Shown here piece by piece: positions 29,301 through 42,700 of a stretch of DNA of 64,000 nucleotides. Made by a program: the position numbers and the translations under genes. The notes under the pieces were generated by a model, which was not told the DNA's origin, made no database searches, and saw only the letters and a list, made by a program, of their open reading frames with translations. The DNA comes from Eledone cirrhosa (taxonomy: Eukaryota): the NCBI GenBank assembly GCA_964016885.1, contig OZ024740.1, positions 416,206,001 through 416,270,000 of the forward strand, given 5' to 3'. Position 1 is the stretch's first letter. Every line of letters starts with the position of its first letter.

Positions 29301-32300
29301 TTACAACCTGTTCACTGGTACAGTTCCTCTTGCAACCCAATGTTAGTGGCACTATTTACAACCTGTTCACTGGTACAGTTCCTCTTGCAATATTAGTGGC
29401 ACTATTTACAACCTGTTCACTGGTACAGTTCCTCTTGCAACCCAATGTTAGTGGCACTATTTACAACCTGTTCTCTGGTACTGTTCCTCTTGCAATATTA
29501 GTTGCACTATTTACAACCTGTTTACTGATACAGTTGCTGTTGCAACCCAATATTAGTGGCACTATTTACAACCTGTTCACTGGTACAGTTCCTCTTGCAA
29601 TATTAGTGGCACTATTTACAACCTGTTCACTGGTACAGTTCCTCTTGTAACCCAATGTTAGTGGCACTATTTACAACCTCTTCACTGGTACAGTTCCTCT
29701 TGCAATATTAGTGGCACTATTTACAACCTGTTCACTGGTACAGTTCCTCTTGCAACCCAATGTTAGTGGCACTATTTACAACCTGTTCTCTGGTACTGTT
29801 CCTCTTGCAATATTAGTTGCACTATTTACAACCTGTTCACTGATACAGTTCCTGTTGCAACCCAATATTAGTGGCACTATTTACAACCTGTTCACTGGTA
29901 CAGTTCCTCTTGTAACCCAATGTTAGTGGCACTATTTACAACCTGTTCTCTGGTACAGTTCCTCTTGCAACCCAATGTTAGTGGCACTATTTACAACCTG
30001 TTCTCTGGTACAGTTCCTCTTGCAACCCAATGTTAGTGGCACTATTTACAACCTGTTCACTGATCAGTTCCTCTTGCAACCCAATATTAGTGGCACTATT
30101 TACAACCTGTTCACTGATACAGTTCCTGTTGCAACCCAATGTTAGTGGCACTATTTACAACCTGTTCACTGGTACAGTTCCTCTTGCAACCCAATGTTAG
30201 TGGCACTATTTACAACCTGTTCACTGATACAGTTCCTCTTGCAACCCAATGTTAGTGGCACTATTTACAACCTGTTCACTGATCAGTTCCTCTTGCAACC
30301 CAATATTAGTGGCACTATTTACAACCTGTTCACTGATACAGTTCCTCTTGCAACCCAATGTTAGTGGCACTATTTACAACCTGTTCACTGATCAGTTCCT
30401 GTTACAACCCAATATTAGTGGTACTATTTACAACCTGTTCACTGGTACAGTTCCTCTTGCAACCCAATGTTAGTGGCACTATTTACAATCTGTTCACTGG
30501 TACAGTTCCTGTTACAACCCAATGTTAGTGGCATTATTTACAACCTGTTCACTGGTACAGTTCCTGTTGCAACCCAATGTTAGTGGCACTATTTACAACC
30601 TGTTCACTGATACAGTTCCTCTTGTAACCCAATGTTAGTGGCACTATTTACAACTTGTTCACTGGTACAGTTCCTGTTGCAACCCAATATTAGTGGCACT
30701 ATTTACAACCTGTTCACTGATACAGTTCCTCTTGCAACCCAATGTTAGTGGCACTATTTACAACCTGTTCACTGATACAGTTCCTCTTGCAACCCAATGT
30801 TAGTGGCACTATTTACAACCTGTTCACTGATACAGTTCCTCTTGCAACCCAATATTAGTGGCACTATTTACAACCTGTTCACTGATACAGTTCCTCTTGT
30901 AACCCAATGTTAGTGGCACTATTTACAACCTGTTCACTTGTACAGTTCCTGTTGTAACCCAATATTAGTGGCACTATTTACAACCTGTTCACTGATACAG
31001 TTCCTCTTGCAACCCAATGTTAGTGGCACTATTTACAACCTGTTCACTGATCAGTTCCTCTTGCAACCCAATGTTAGTGGCACTATTTACAACCTGTTCA
31101 CTGGTACAGTTCCTCTTGCAACCCAATGTTAGTGGCACTATTTACAACCTGTTCACTGATACAGCTCCTCTTGCAACCCAATATTAGTGGCACTATTTAC
31201 AACCTGTTCACTGGTGCAGTTCCTCTTGCAACCCAATGTTAGTGGCACTACTTACAACCTGTTCACTGGTACAGTTCCTCTTGCAACCCAATGTTAGTGG
31301 CACTATTTACAACCTGTTCACTGGTACAGTTCCTCTTGCAACCCAATATTAGTGGCACTATTTACAACCTGTTCACTGGTACAGTTCCTCTTGTAACCCA
31401 ATGTTAGTGGTACTATTTACAACCTGTTCACTGATCAGTTCCTCTTGCAACCCAATGTTAGTGGCACTATTTACAACCTGTTCACTGGTACAGTTCCTCT
31501 TGTAACCCAATGTTAGTGGCACTATTTGCAACCTGTTCGCTGGTACAGTTCCTCTTGCAACCCAATATTAGTGGCACTATTTACAACCTATTCACTGGTA
31601 CAGTTCCTCTTGCAACCCAATGTTAGTGGCACTATTTACAACCTGTTCACTGGTACAGTTCCTCTTGTAACCCAATGTTAGTGGCACTATTTACAACCTG
31701 TTCACTGGTACAGTTCCTGTTGCAACCCAATGTTAGTGGCACTATTTACAACCTGTTCACTGGTACAGTTCCTGTTGCAACCCAATGTTAGTGGCACTAT
31801 TTACAACCTGTTCACTGGTACAGTTCCTCTTGCAACCCAATGTTAGTGGCACTATTTACAACCTGTTCACTGGTACAGTTCCTGTTGCAACCCAATGTTA
31901 GTGGCACTATTTACAACCTGTTCACTGGTACAGTTCCTCTTGTAACCCAATGTTAGTGGCACTATTTACACCCTGTTCACTGGTACAGTTCCTCTTGCAA
32001 CCCAATGTTAGTGGCACTATTTACAACCTGTTCACTGGTACAGTTCCTCTTGCAACCCAATGTTAGTGGAACTATTTACAACCTGTTCACTGGTACAGTA
32101 CCTCTTGTAACCCACTGTTAGTGGTACTATTTACAACCTGTTCACTGGTACAGTACCTCTTGCAACCCAATGTTAGTGGCACTATTTACAACCTGTTCAC
32201 TGGTACAGTTCCTGTTGCAACCCAATGTTAGTGGCACTATTTACAACCTGTTCACTGATACATTTCCTGTTGCAACCCAATATTAGTGGCACTATTTACA

Positions 32301-35000
32301 ACCTGTTCACTGGTACAGCTCCTGTTGCAACCCAATGTTAGTGACACTATTTACAACCTGTTCACTGGTACAGTTCCTCTTGCAATATTAGTGGCACTAT
32401 TTACAACCTGTTCACTGGTACAGTTCCTCTTGCAATATTAGTGGCACTATTTACAACCTGTTCACTGGTACAGTTCCTCTTGCAACCTAATGTTAGTGAC
32501 ACTATTTACAACCTGTTCACTGGTACAGTTCCTCTTGCAACCCAATGTTAGTGGCACTATTTACAACCTATTCACTGGTACAGTTCCTCTTGCAATATTA
32601 GTGGCACTATTTGCAACCTGTTCACTGATACAGTTCCTCTTGCAACCCAATGTTAGTGGCACTATTTACAACCTGTTCACTGATACAATTCCTCTTGCAA
32701 CCCAATGTTAGTGGCACTATTTACAACCTGTTCACTGATACAGTTCCTGTTGCAACCCAATGTTAGTGGCACTATTTACAACCTGTTCACTGATACAGTT
32801 CCTCTTGCAACCCAATGTTAGTGGCACTACTTACAACCTGTTCACTGGTACAGTTCCTCTTGCAATATTAGTGGCACTATTTACAACCTGTTCACTGGTA
32901 CAGTTCCTCTTGCAACCCAATGTTAGTGGCACTATTTACAACCTGTTCACTGGTACAGTTCCTCTTGCAATATTAGTGGCACTATTTACAACCTGTTCAC
33001 TGGTACAGTTCCTCTTGCAACCCAATGTTAGTGGCACTATTTACAACCTGTTCTCTGGTACTGTTCCTCTTGCAATATTAGTTCACTATTTACAACCTGT
33101 TCACTGATACAGTTCCTGTTGCAACCCAATATTAGTGGCACTATTTACAACCTGTTCACTGGTACAGTTCCTCTTGCAATATTAGTGGCACTATTTACAA
33201 CCTGTTCACTGGCACAGTTCCTCTTGTAACCCAATGTTAGTGGCACTATTTACAACCTGTTCTCTGGTACAGTTCCTCTTGCAACCCAATGTTAGTGGCA
33301 CTATTTACAACCTGTTCTCTGGTACAGTTCCTCTTGCAACCCAATGTTAGTGGTCACTATTTACAACCTGTTCACTGATCAGTTCCTCTTGCAACCCAAT
33401 ATTAGTGGCACTATTTACAACCTGTTCACTGATACAGTTCCTGTTGCAACCCAATGTTAGTGGCACTATTTACAACCTGTTCACTGGTACAGTTCCTCTT
33501 GCAACCCAAAGTTAGTGGCACTATTTACAACCTGTTCACTGATACAGTTCCTCTTGCAACCCAATGTTAGTGGCACTATTTACCACCTGTTCACTGATCA
33601 GTTCCTCTTGCAACCCAATATTAGTGGCACTATTACAACCTGTTCACTGATACAGTTCCTCTTGCAAGCCAATGTTAGTGGCACTATTTACAACCTGTTC
33701 ACTGATCAGTTCCTCTTGCAACCCATTGTTAGTGGCACTATTTACAACCTGTTCACTGGTACAGTTCCTCTTGTAACCCAATATTAGTGGCACTATTTAC
33801 AACCTGTTCACTGATACAGTTCCTGTTGCAACCCAATGTTAGTGGCACTATTTACAACCTGTTCACTCGTACAGTTCCTCTTGCAACCCAATGTTAGTGG
33901 CACTATTTACAACCTGTTCACTGGTACAGTTCCTGTTACAACCCAATATTAGTGGCACTATTTACAACCTGTTCACTGGTACAGTTCCTCTTGCAACCCA
34001 ATGTTAGTGGCACTATTTACAATCTGTTCACTGGTACAGTTCCTGTTGCAACCCAATGTTAGTGGCATTATTTACAACCTGTTCACTGGTACAGTTCCTG
34101 TTGCAACCCAATGTTAGTGGCACTATTTACAACCTGTTCACCGGTACAGTTCCTCTTGTAACCCAATGTTAGTGGCACTATTTACAACCTGTTCACTGGT
34201 ACAGTTCCTGTTGCAACCCAATGTTAGTGGCACTATTTACAACCTGTTCACTGATACAGTTCCTCTTGCAACCCAATCTTAGTGGCACTATTTACAACTT
34301 GTTCACTGGTACAGTTCCTCTTGCAACCCAATGTTAGTGGCACTATTTACAACCTGTTCACTGATACAGTTCCTCTTGCAACCCAATGTTAGTGGCACTA
34401 TTTACAACCTGTTCACTGATCAGTTCCTCTTGCAACCCAATGTTAGTGGCACTATTTACAACCTGTTCACTGATCAGTTCCTCTTGCAACCCAATGTTAG
34501 TGGCACTATTTACAACCTGTTCACTGGTACAGTTCCTCTTGCAACCCAATGTTAGTGGCACTATTTACAACCTGTTCACTGATACAGCTCCTCTTGCAAC
34601 CCAATGTTAGTGGCACTATTTACAACCTGTTCACTGGTGCAGTTCCTCTTGCAACCCAATGTTAGTGGCACTACTTACAACCTGTTCACTGGTACAGTTC
34701 CTCTTGCAACCCAATGTTAGTGGCACTATTTACAACCTGTTCACTGGTACAGTTCCTCTTGCAACCCAATATTAGTGGCACTATTTACAACCTGTTCACT
34801 GGTACAGTTCCTCTTGTAACCCAATGTTAGTGGTACTATTTACAACCTGTTCACTGATCAGTTCCTCTTGCAACCCAATATTAGTGGCACTATTTACAAC
34901 CTGTTCACTGGTACAGTTCCTCTTGTAACCCAATGTTAGTGGCACTATTTACAACCTGTTCACTGGTACAGTTCCTGTTGCAACCCAATGTTAGTGGCAC
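17350..35000. repeat. Nested higher-order duplications with 6792-bp and 4140-bp periods (sum 10932; edges approximate)
   Basis: Offsets: 18248->25040 = 6792; 25040->29180 and 22632->26772 = 4140; 20006->30938, 21558->32490 and 21828->32760 = 10932. Markers GGCACAGTT, CCAAAGTT and CACTCGTAC recur accordingly. Confidence 0.9.
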
Positions 35001-36789
35001 TATTTACAACCTGTTCACTGGTACAGTTCCTATTGCAACCCAATGTTAGTGGCACTATTTACAACCTGTTCACTGGTACAGTTCCTCTTGCAACCCAATG
35101 TTAGTGGCACTATTTACAACCTGTTCACTGGTACAGTTCCTGTTGCAACCCAATGTTAGTGGCACTATTTACAACCTGTTCACTGGTACAGTTACTCTTG
35201 TAACCCAATGTTAGTGGCACTATTTACAACCTGTTCACTGGTACAGTTCCTCTTGCAACCCAATGTTAGTGGCACTATTTACAACCTGTTCACTGGTACA
35301 GTTCCTCTTGCAACCCAATGTTAGTGGCACTATTTACAACCTGTTCACTGGTACAGTACCTCTTGTAACCCACTGTTAGTGGTACTATTTACAACCTGTT
35401 CACTGGTACAGTACCTCTTGCAACCCAATGTTAATGGCACTATTTACAACCTGTTCACTGGTACAGTTCCTCTTGCAACCCAATGTTAGTGGCACTATTT
35501 ACAACCTGTTCACTGATACATTTCCTGTTGCAACCCAATATTAGTGGCACTATTTACAACCTGTTCACTGGTACAGCTCCTATTGCAACCCAATGTTAGT
35601 GACACTATTTACAACCTGTTCACTGGTACAGTTCCTCTTGCAATATTAGTGGCACTATTTACAACCTGTTCACTGGTACAGTTCCTCTTGCAACCCAATG
35701 TTAGTGACACTATTTACAACCTGTTCACTGGTACAGTTCCTCTTGCAACCCAATGTTAGTGGCACTATTTACAACCTATTCACTGGTACAGTTCCTCTTG
35801 CAATATTAGTGGCACTACTTACAACCTGTTCACTGGTACAGTTCCTGTTGCAACCCAATGTTAGTGGCACTATTTACAACCTGTTCACTGATACAGTTCC
35901 TCTTGCAACCCAATGTTAGTGGCACTATTTTCAACCTGTTCACTGGTACAGTTCCTCTTGCAACCGAATGTTAGTGGCACTATTTACAACCTGTTCACTG
36001 GTACAGTTCCTCTTGTAACCCAATGTTAGTGGCACTATTTACAACCTGTTCACTGGTACAGTTCCTGTTGTAACCCAATGTTAGTGGCACTATTTACAAC
36101 CTGTTCACTGGTACAGTTCCTGTTGCAACCCAATGTTAGTGGCACTATTTGCAACCTATTCACTGGTACAGTTCCTCTTGCAACCCAATGTTAGTGGCAC
36201 TATTTATAACCTGTTCACTGGTACAGTTCCTCTTGCAACCCAATGTTAGTGGCACTATTTACAACCTGTTCACTGGTACAGTTCCTGTTGCAACCCAATG
36301 TTAGTGGCACTATTTACAACCTGTTCACTGGTACAGTTCCTGTTGCAACCCAATGTTAGTGGCACTATTTACAACCTGTTCACTGGTACAGTTCCTCTTG
36401 CAACCCAATGTTAGTGGCACTATTTACAACCTGTTCACTGGTACAGTTCCTGTTGCAACCCAATGTTAGTGGCATTATTTACAACCTGTTTACTGGTACA
36501 GTTCCTCTTGTAACCCTATGTTAGTGGCACTATTTACAACCTGTTCACTGGTACAGTACCTCTTGTAACCCACTGTTAGTGGTACTATTTACAACCTGTT
36601 CACTGATACATTTCCTGTTGCAATATTAGTGGCACTATTTACAACCTGTTCACTGGTACAGTTCCTCTTGCAACCCAATGTTAGTGACACTATTTACAAC
36701 CTGTTCACTGGTACAGTTCCTCTTGCAACCCAATGTTAGTGGCACTATTTACAACCTATTCACTGGTACAGTTCCTCTTGCAATATTAG

Positions 36790-39700
36790 TGGCACTATTT
36801 ACAACCTGTTCACTGATACAGTTCCTCTTGCAACCCAATGTTAGTAGCACTATTTACAACCTGTTCACTGATACAATTCCTCTTGCAACCCAATGTTAGT
36901 GGCACTATTTACAACCTGTTCACTGATACAGTTCCTGTTGCAACCCAATGTTAGTGGCACTATTTACAACCTGTTCACTGATACAGTTCCTCTTGCAACC
37001 CAATGTTAGTGGCACTACTTACAACCTGTTCACTGGTACAGTTCCTCTTGCAATATTAGTGGCACTATTTACAACCTGTTCACTGGTACAGTTCCTCTTG
37101 CAACCCAATGTTAGTGGCACTATTTACAACCTGTTCACTGGTACAGTTCCTCTTGCAATATTAGTGGCACTATTTACAACCTGTTCACTGGTACAGTTCC
37201 TCTTGCAACCCAATGTTAGTGGCACTATTTACAACCTGTTCTCTGGTACTGTTCCTCTTGCAATATTAGTTGCACTATTTACAACCTGTTCACTGATACA
37301 GTTCCTGTTGCAACCCAATATTAGTGGCACTATTTACAACCTGTTCACTGGTACAGTTCCTCTTGCAATATTAGTGGCACTATTTACAACCTGTTCACTG
37401 GTACAGTTCCTCTTGTAACCCAATGTTAGTGGCACTATTTACAACCTGTTCTCTGGTACAGTTCCTCTTGCAACCCAATGTTAGTGGCACTATTTACAAC
37501 CTGTTCTCTGGTACAGTTCCTCTTGCAACCCAATGTTAGTGGCACTATTTACAACCTGTTCACTGGTACAGTTCCTCTTGTAACCCAATGTTAGTGGCAC
37601 TATTTACAACCTGTTCACTGGTACAGTTCCTGTTACAACCCAATATTAGTGGCACTATTTACAACCTGTTCACTGGTACAGTTCCTCTTGCCACCCAATG
37701 TTTGTGGCACTATTCACAATCTGTTCACTGGTACAGTTCCTGTTGCAACCCAATGTTAGTGGCATTATTTACAACCTGTTCACTGGTACAGTTCCTGTTG
37801 CAACCCAATGTTAGTGGCACTATTTACAACCTGTTCACTGGTACAGTTCCTCTTGTAACCCAATGTTAGTGGCACTATTTACAACCTGTTCACTGGTACA
37901 GTTCCTGTTGCAACCCAATGTTAGTGGCACTATTTACAACCTGTTCACTGATACAGTTCCTCTTGCAACCCAATGTTAGTGGCACTATTTACAACTTGTT
38001 CACTGGTACAGTTCCTCTTGCAACCCAATGTTAGTGGCACTATTTACAACTTGTTCACTGGTACAGTTCCTGTTGCAACCCAATGTTAGTGGCACTATTT
38101 ACAACCTGTTCACTGATACAGTTCCTCTTGCAACCCAATGTTAGTGGCACTATTTACAACTTGTTCACTGGTACAGTTCCTGTTGCAACCCAATATTAGT
38201 GGCACTATTTACAACCTGTTCACTGATACAGTTCCTCTTGCAACCCAATGTTAGTGGCACTATTTACAACCTGTTCACTGATACAGTTCCTCTTGCAACC
38301 CAATGTTAGTGGCACTATTTACAACCTGTTCACTGATACAGTTCCTCTTGCAACCCAATATTAGTGGCACTATTTACAACCTGTTCACTGGTACAGTTCC
38401 TCTTGTAACCCAATGTTAGTGGCACTATTTACAACCTGTTCACTTGTACAGTTCCTGTTATAACCCAATATTAGTGGCACTATTTACAACCTGTTCACTG
38501 ATACAGTTCCTCTTGCAACCCAATGTTAGTGGCACTATTTACAACCTGTTCACTGGTACAGTTCCTCTTGCAACCCAATGTTAGTGGCACTATTTACAAC
38601 CTGTTCACTGATACAGCTCCTCTTGCAACCCAATATTAGTGGCACTATTTACAACCTGTTCACTGGTGCAGTTCCTCTTGCAACCCAATGTTAGTGGCAC
38701 TACTTACAACCTGTTCACTGGTACAGTTCCTCTTGCAACCCAATGTTAGTGGCACTATTTACAACCTGTTCACTGGTACAGTTCCTCTTGCAACCCAATA
38801 TTAGTGGCACTATTTACAACCTGTTCACTGGTACAGTTCCTCTTGTAACCCAATGTTAGTGGTACTATTTACAACCTGTTCACTGATCAGTTCCTCTTGC
38901 AACCCAATGTTAGTGGCACTATTTACATCCTGTTCACTGGTACAGTTCCTCTTGTAACCCAATGTTAGTGGCACTATTTGCAACCTGTTCGCTGGTACAG
39001 TTCCTGTTGCAACCCAATATTAGTGGCACTATTTACAACCTATTCACTGGTACAGTTCCTCTTGCAACCCAATATTAGTGGCACTATTTACAACCTGTTC
39101 ACTGGTACAGTTCCTCTTGTAACCCAATGTTAGTGGCACTATTTACAATCTGTTCACTGGTACAGTTCCTGTTGCAACCCAATGTTAGTGGCACTATTTA
39201 CAACCTGTTCACTGGTACAGTTCCTGTTGCAACCCAATGTTAGTGGCACTATTTACAACCTGTTCACTGGTACAGTTCCTCTTGCAACCCAATGTTAGTG
39301 GCACTATTTACAACCTGTTCACTGGTACAGTTCCTGTTGCAACCCAATGTTAGTGGCACTATTTACAACCTGTTCACTGGTACAGTTCCTCTTGTAACCC
39401 AATGTTAGTGGCACTATTTACAACCTGTTCACTGGTACAGTACCTCTTGCAACCCAATGTTAGTGGCACTATTTACAACCTGTTCACTGGTACAGTTCCT
39501 CTTACAACCCAATGTTAGTGGCACTATTTACAACCTGTTCACTGGTACAGTACCTCTTGTAACCCACTGTTAGTGGTACTATTTACAACCTGTTCACTGG
39601 TACAGTACCTCTTGCAACCCAATGTTAGTGGCACTATTTACAACCTGTTCACTGGTACAGTTCCTCTTGCAACCCAATGTTAGTGGCACTATTTACAACC

Positions 39701-42700
39701 TGTTCACTGATACATTTCCTGTTGCAACCCAATATTAGTGGCACTATTTACAACCTGTTCACTGGTACAGCTCCTGTTGCAACCCAATGTTAGTGACACT
39801 ATTTACAACCTGTTCACTGGTACAGTTCCTCTTGCAATATTAGTGGCACTATTTACAACCTGTTCACTGGTACAGTTCCTCTTGCAACCCAATGTTAGTG
39901 ACACTATTTACAACCTGTTCACTGGTACAGTTCCTCTTGCAACCCAATGTTAGTGGCACTATTTACAACCTATTCACTGGTACAGTTCCTCTTGCAATAT
40001 TAGTGGCACTATTTACAACCTGTTCACTGGTACAGTTCCTGTTGCAACCCAATGTTAGTGGCACTATTTACAACCTGTTCACTGGTACAGTTCCTCTTGC
40101 AACCCAATGTTAGTGGCACTATTTACAACCTGTTCACTGGTACAGTTCCTCTTGTAACCCAATGTTAGTGGCACTATTTACAACCTGTTCACTGGTACAG
40201 TTCCTGTTGTAACCCAATGTTAGTGGCACTATTTACAACCTGTTCACTGGTACAGTTCCTGTTGTAACCCAATGTTAGTGGTACTATTTACAACCTGTTC
40301 ACTGATACAGTTCCTCTTGCAACCCAATGTTAGTGGCACTATTTGCAACCTATTCACTGGTACAGTTCCTCTTGCAACCCAATGTTAGTGGCACTATTTA
40401 CAACCTGTTCACTGGTACAGTTCCTCTTGCAACCCAATGTTAGTGGCACTATTTACAACGTGTTCACTGGTACAGTTCCTCTTGCAACCCAATGTTAGTG
40501 GCACTATTTACAACCTGTTCACTAGTACAGTTCCTCTTGCAACCCAATGTTAGTGGCACTATTTACAACGTGTTCACTGGTACAGTTCCTCTTGCAACCC
40601 AATGTTAGTGGCACTATTTACAACCTGTTCACTGGTACAGTTCCTCTTGCAACCCAATGTTAGTGGCACTATTTACAACCTGTTCACTGATACAGTTCCT
40701 CTTGCAACCCAATGTTAGTGGTACTATTTAAAACCTGTTCTCTGATACAGTTCCTCTTGTAACCCAATATTAGTGGCACTATTTACAACCTGTTCACTGG
40801 TACAGTTCCTTATTGCAACCCAATGTTAGTGGCACTATTTACAACCTGTTCACTGATACAGTTCCTCTTGCAACCCAATGTTAGTAGCACTATTTACAAC
40901 CTGTTCACTGATACAATTCCTCTTGCAACCCAATGTTAGTGGCACTATTTACAACCTGTTCACTGATACAGTTCCTGTTGCAACCCAATGTTAGTGGCAC
41001 TATTTACAACCTGTTCACTGATACAGTTCCTCTTGCAACCCAATGTTAGTGGCACTACTTACAACCTGTTCACTGGTACAGTTCCTCTTGCAATATTAGT
41101 GGCACTATTTACAACCTGTTCACTGGTACAGTTCCTCTTGCAACCCAATGTTAGTGGCACTATTTACAACCTGTTCACTGGTACAGTTCCTCTTGCAATA
41201 TTAGTGGCACTATTTACAACCTGTTCACTGGTACAGTTCCTCTTGCAACCCAATGTTAGTGGCACTATTTACAACCTGTTCTCTGGTACTGTTCCTCTTG
41301 CAATATTAGTTGCACTATTTACAACCTGTTCACTGATACAGTTCCTGTTGCAACCCAATATTAGTGGCACTATTTACAACCTGTTCACTGGTACAGTTCC
41401 TCTTGCAATATTAGTGGCACTATTTACAACCTGTTCACTGGTACAGTTCCTCTTGTAACCCAATGTTAGTGGCACTATTTACAACCTGTTCTCTGGTACA
41501 GTTCCTCTTGCAACCCAATGTTAGTGGCACTATTTACAACCTGTTCTCTGGTACAGTTCCTCTTGCAACCCAATGTTAGTGGCACTATTTACAACCTGTT
41601 CACTGGTACAGTTCCTCTTGTAACCCAATGTTAGTGGCACTATTTACAACCTGTTCACTGGTACAGTTCCTGTTACAACCCAATATTAGTGGCACTATTT
41701 ACAACCTGTTCACTGGTACAGTTCCTCTTGCAACCCAATGTTTGTGGCACTATTCACAATCTGTTCACTGGTACAGTTCCTGTTGCAACCCAATGTTAGT
41801 GGCATTATTTACAACCTGTTCACTGGTACAGTTCCTGTTGCAACCCAATGTTAGTGGCACTATTTACAACCTGTTCACTGGTACAGTTCCTCTTGTAACC
41901 CAATGTTAGTGGCACTATTTACAACCTGTTCACTGGTACAGTTCCTGTTGCAACCCAATGTTAGTGGCACTATTTACAACCTGTTCACTGATACAGTTCC
42001 TCTTGCAACCCAATGTTAGTGGCACTATTTACAACTTGTTCACTGGTACAGTTCCTCTTGCAACCCAATGTTAGTGGCACTATTTACAACTTGTTCACTG
42101 GTACAGTTCCTGTTGCAACCCAATGTTAGTGGCACTATTTACAACCTGTTCACTGATACAGTTCCTCTTGCAACCCAATGTTAGTGGCACTATTTACAAC
42201 TTGTTCACTGGTACAGTTCCTGTTGCAACCCAATATTAGTGGCACTATTTACAACCTGTTCACTGATACAGTTCCTCTTGCAACCCAATGTTAGTGGCAC
42301 TATTTACAACCTGTTCACTGATACAGTTCCTCTTGCAACCCAATGTTAGTGGCACTATTTACAACCTGTTCACTGATACAGCTCCTCTTGCAACCCAATA
42401 TTAGTGGCACTATTTACAACCTGTTCACTGGTGCAGTTCCTCTTGCAACCCAATGTTAGTGGCACTACTTACAACCTGTTCACTGGTACAGTTCCTCTTG
42501 CAACCCAATGTTAGTGGCACTATTTACAACCTGTTCACTGGTACAGTTCCTCTTGCAACCCAATATTAGTGGCACTATTTACAACCTGTTCACTGGTACA
42601 GTTCCTCTTGTAACCCAATGTTAGTGGTACTATTTACAACCTGTTCACTGATCAGTTCCTCTTGCAACCCAATGTTAGTGGCACTATTTACATCCTGTTC

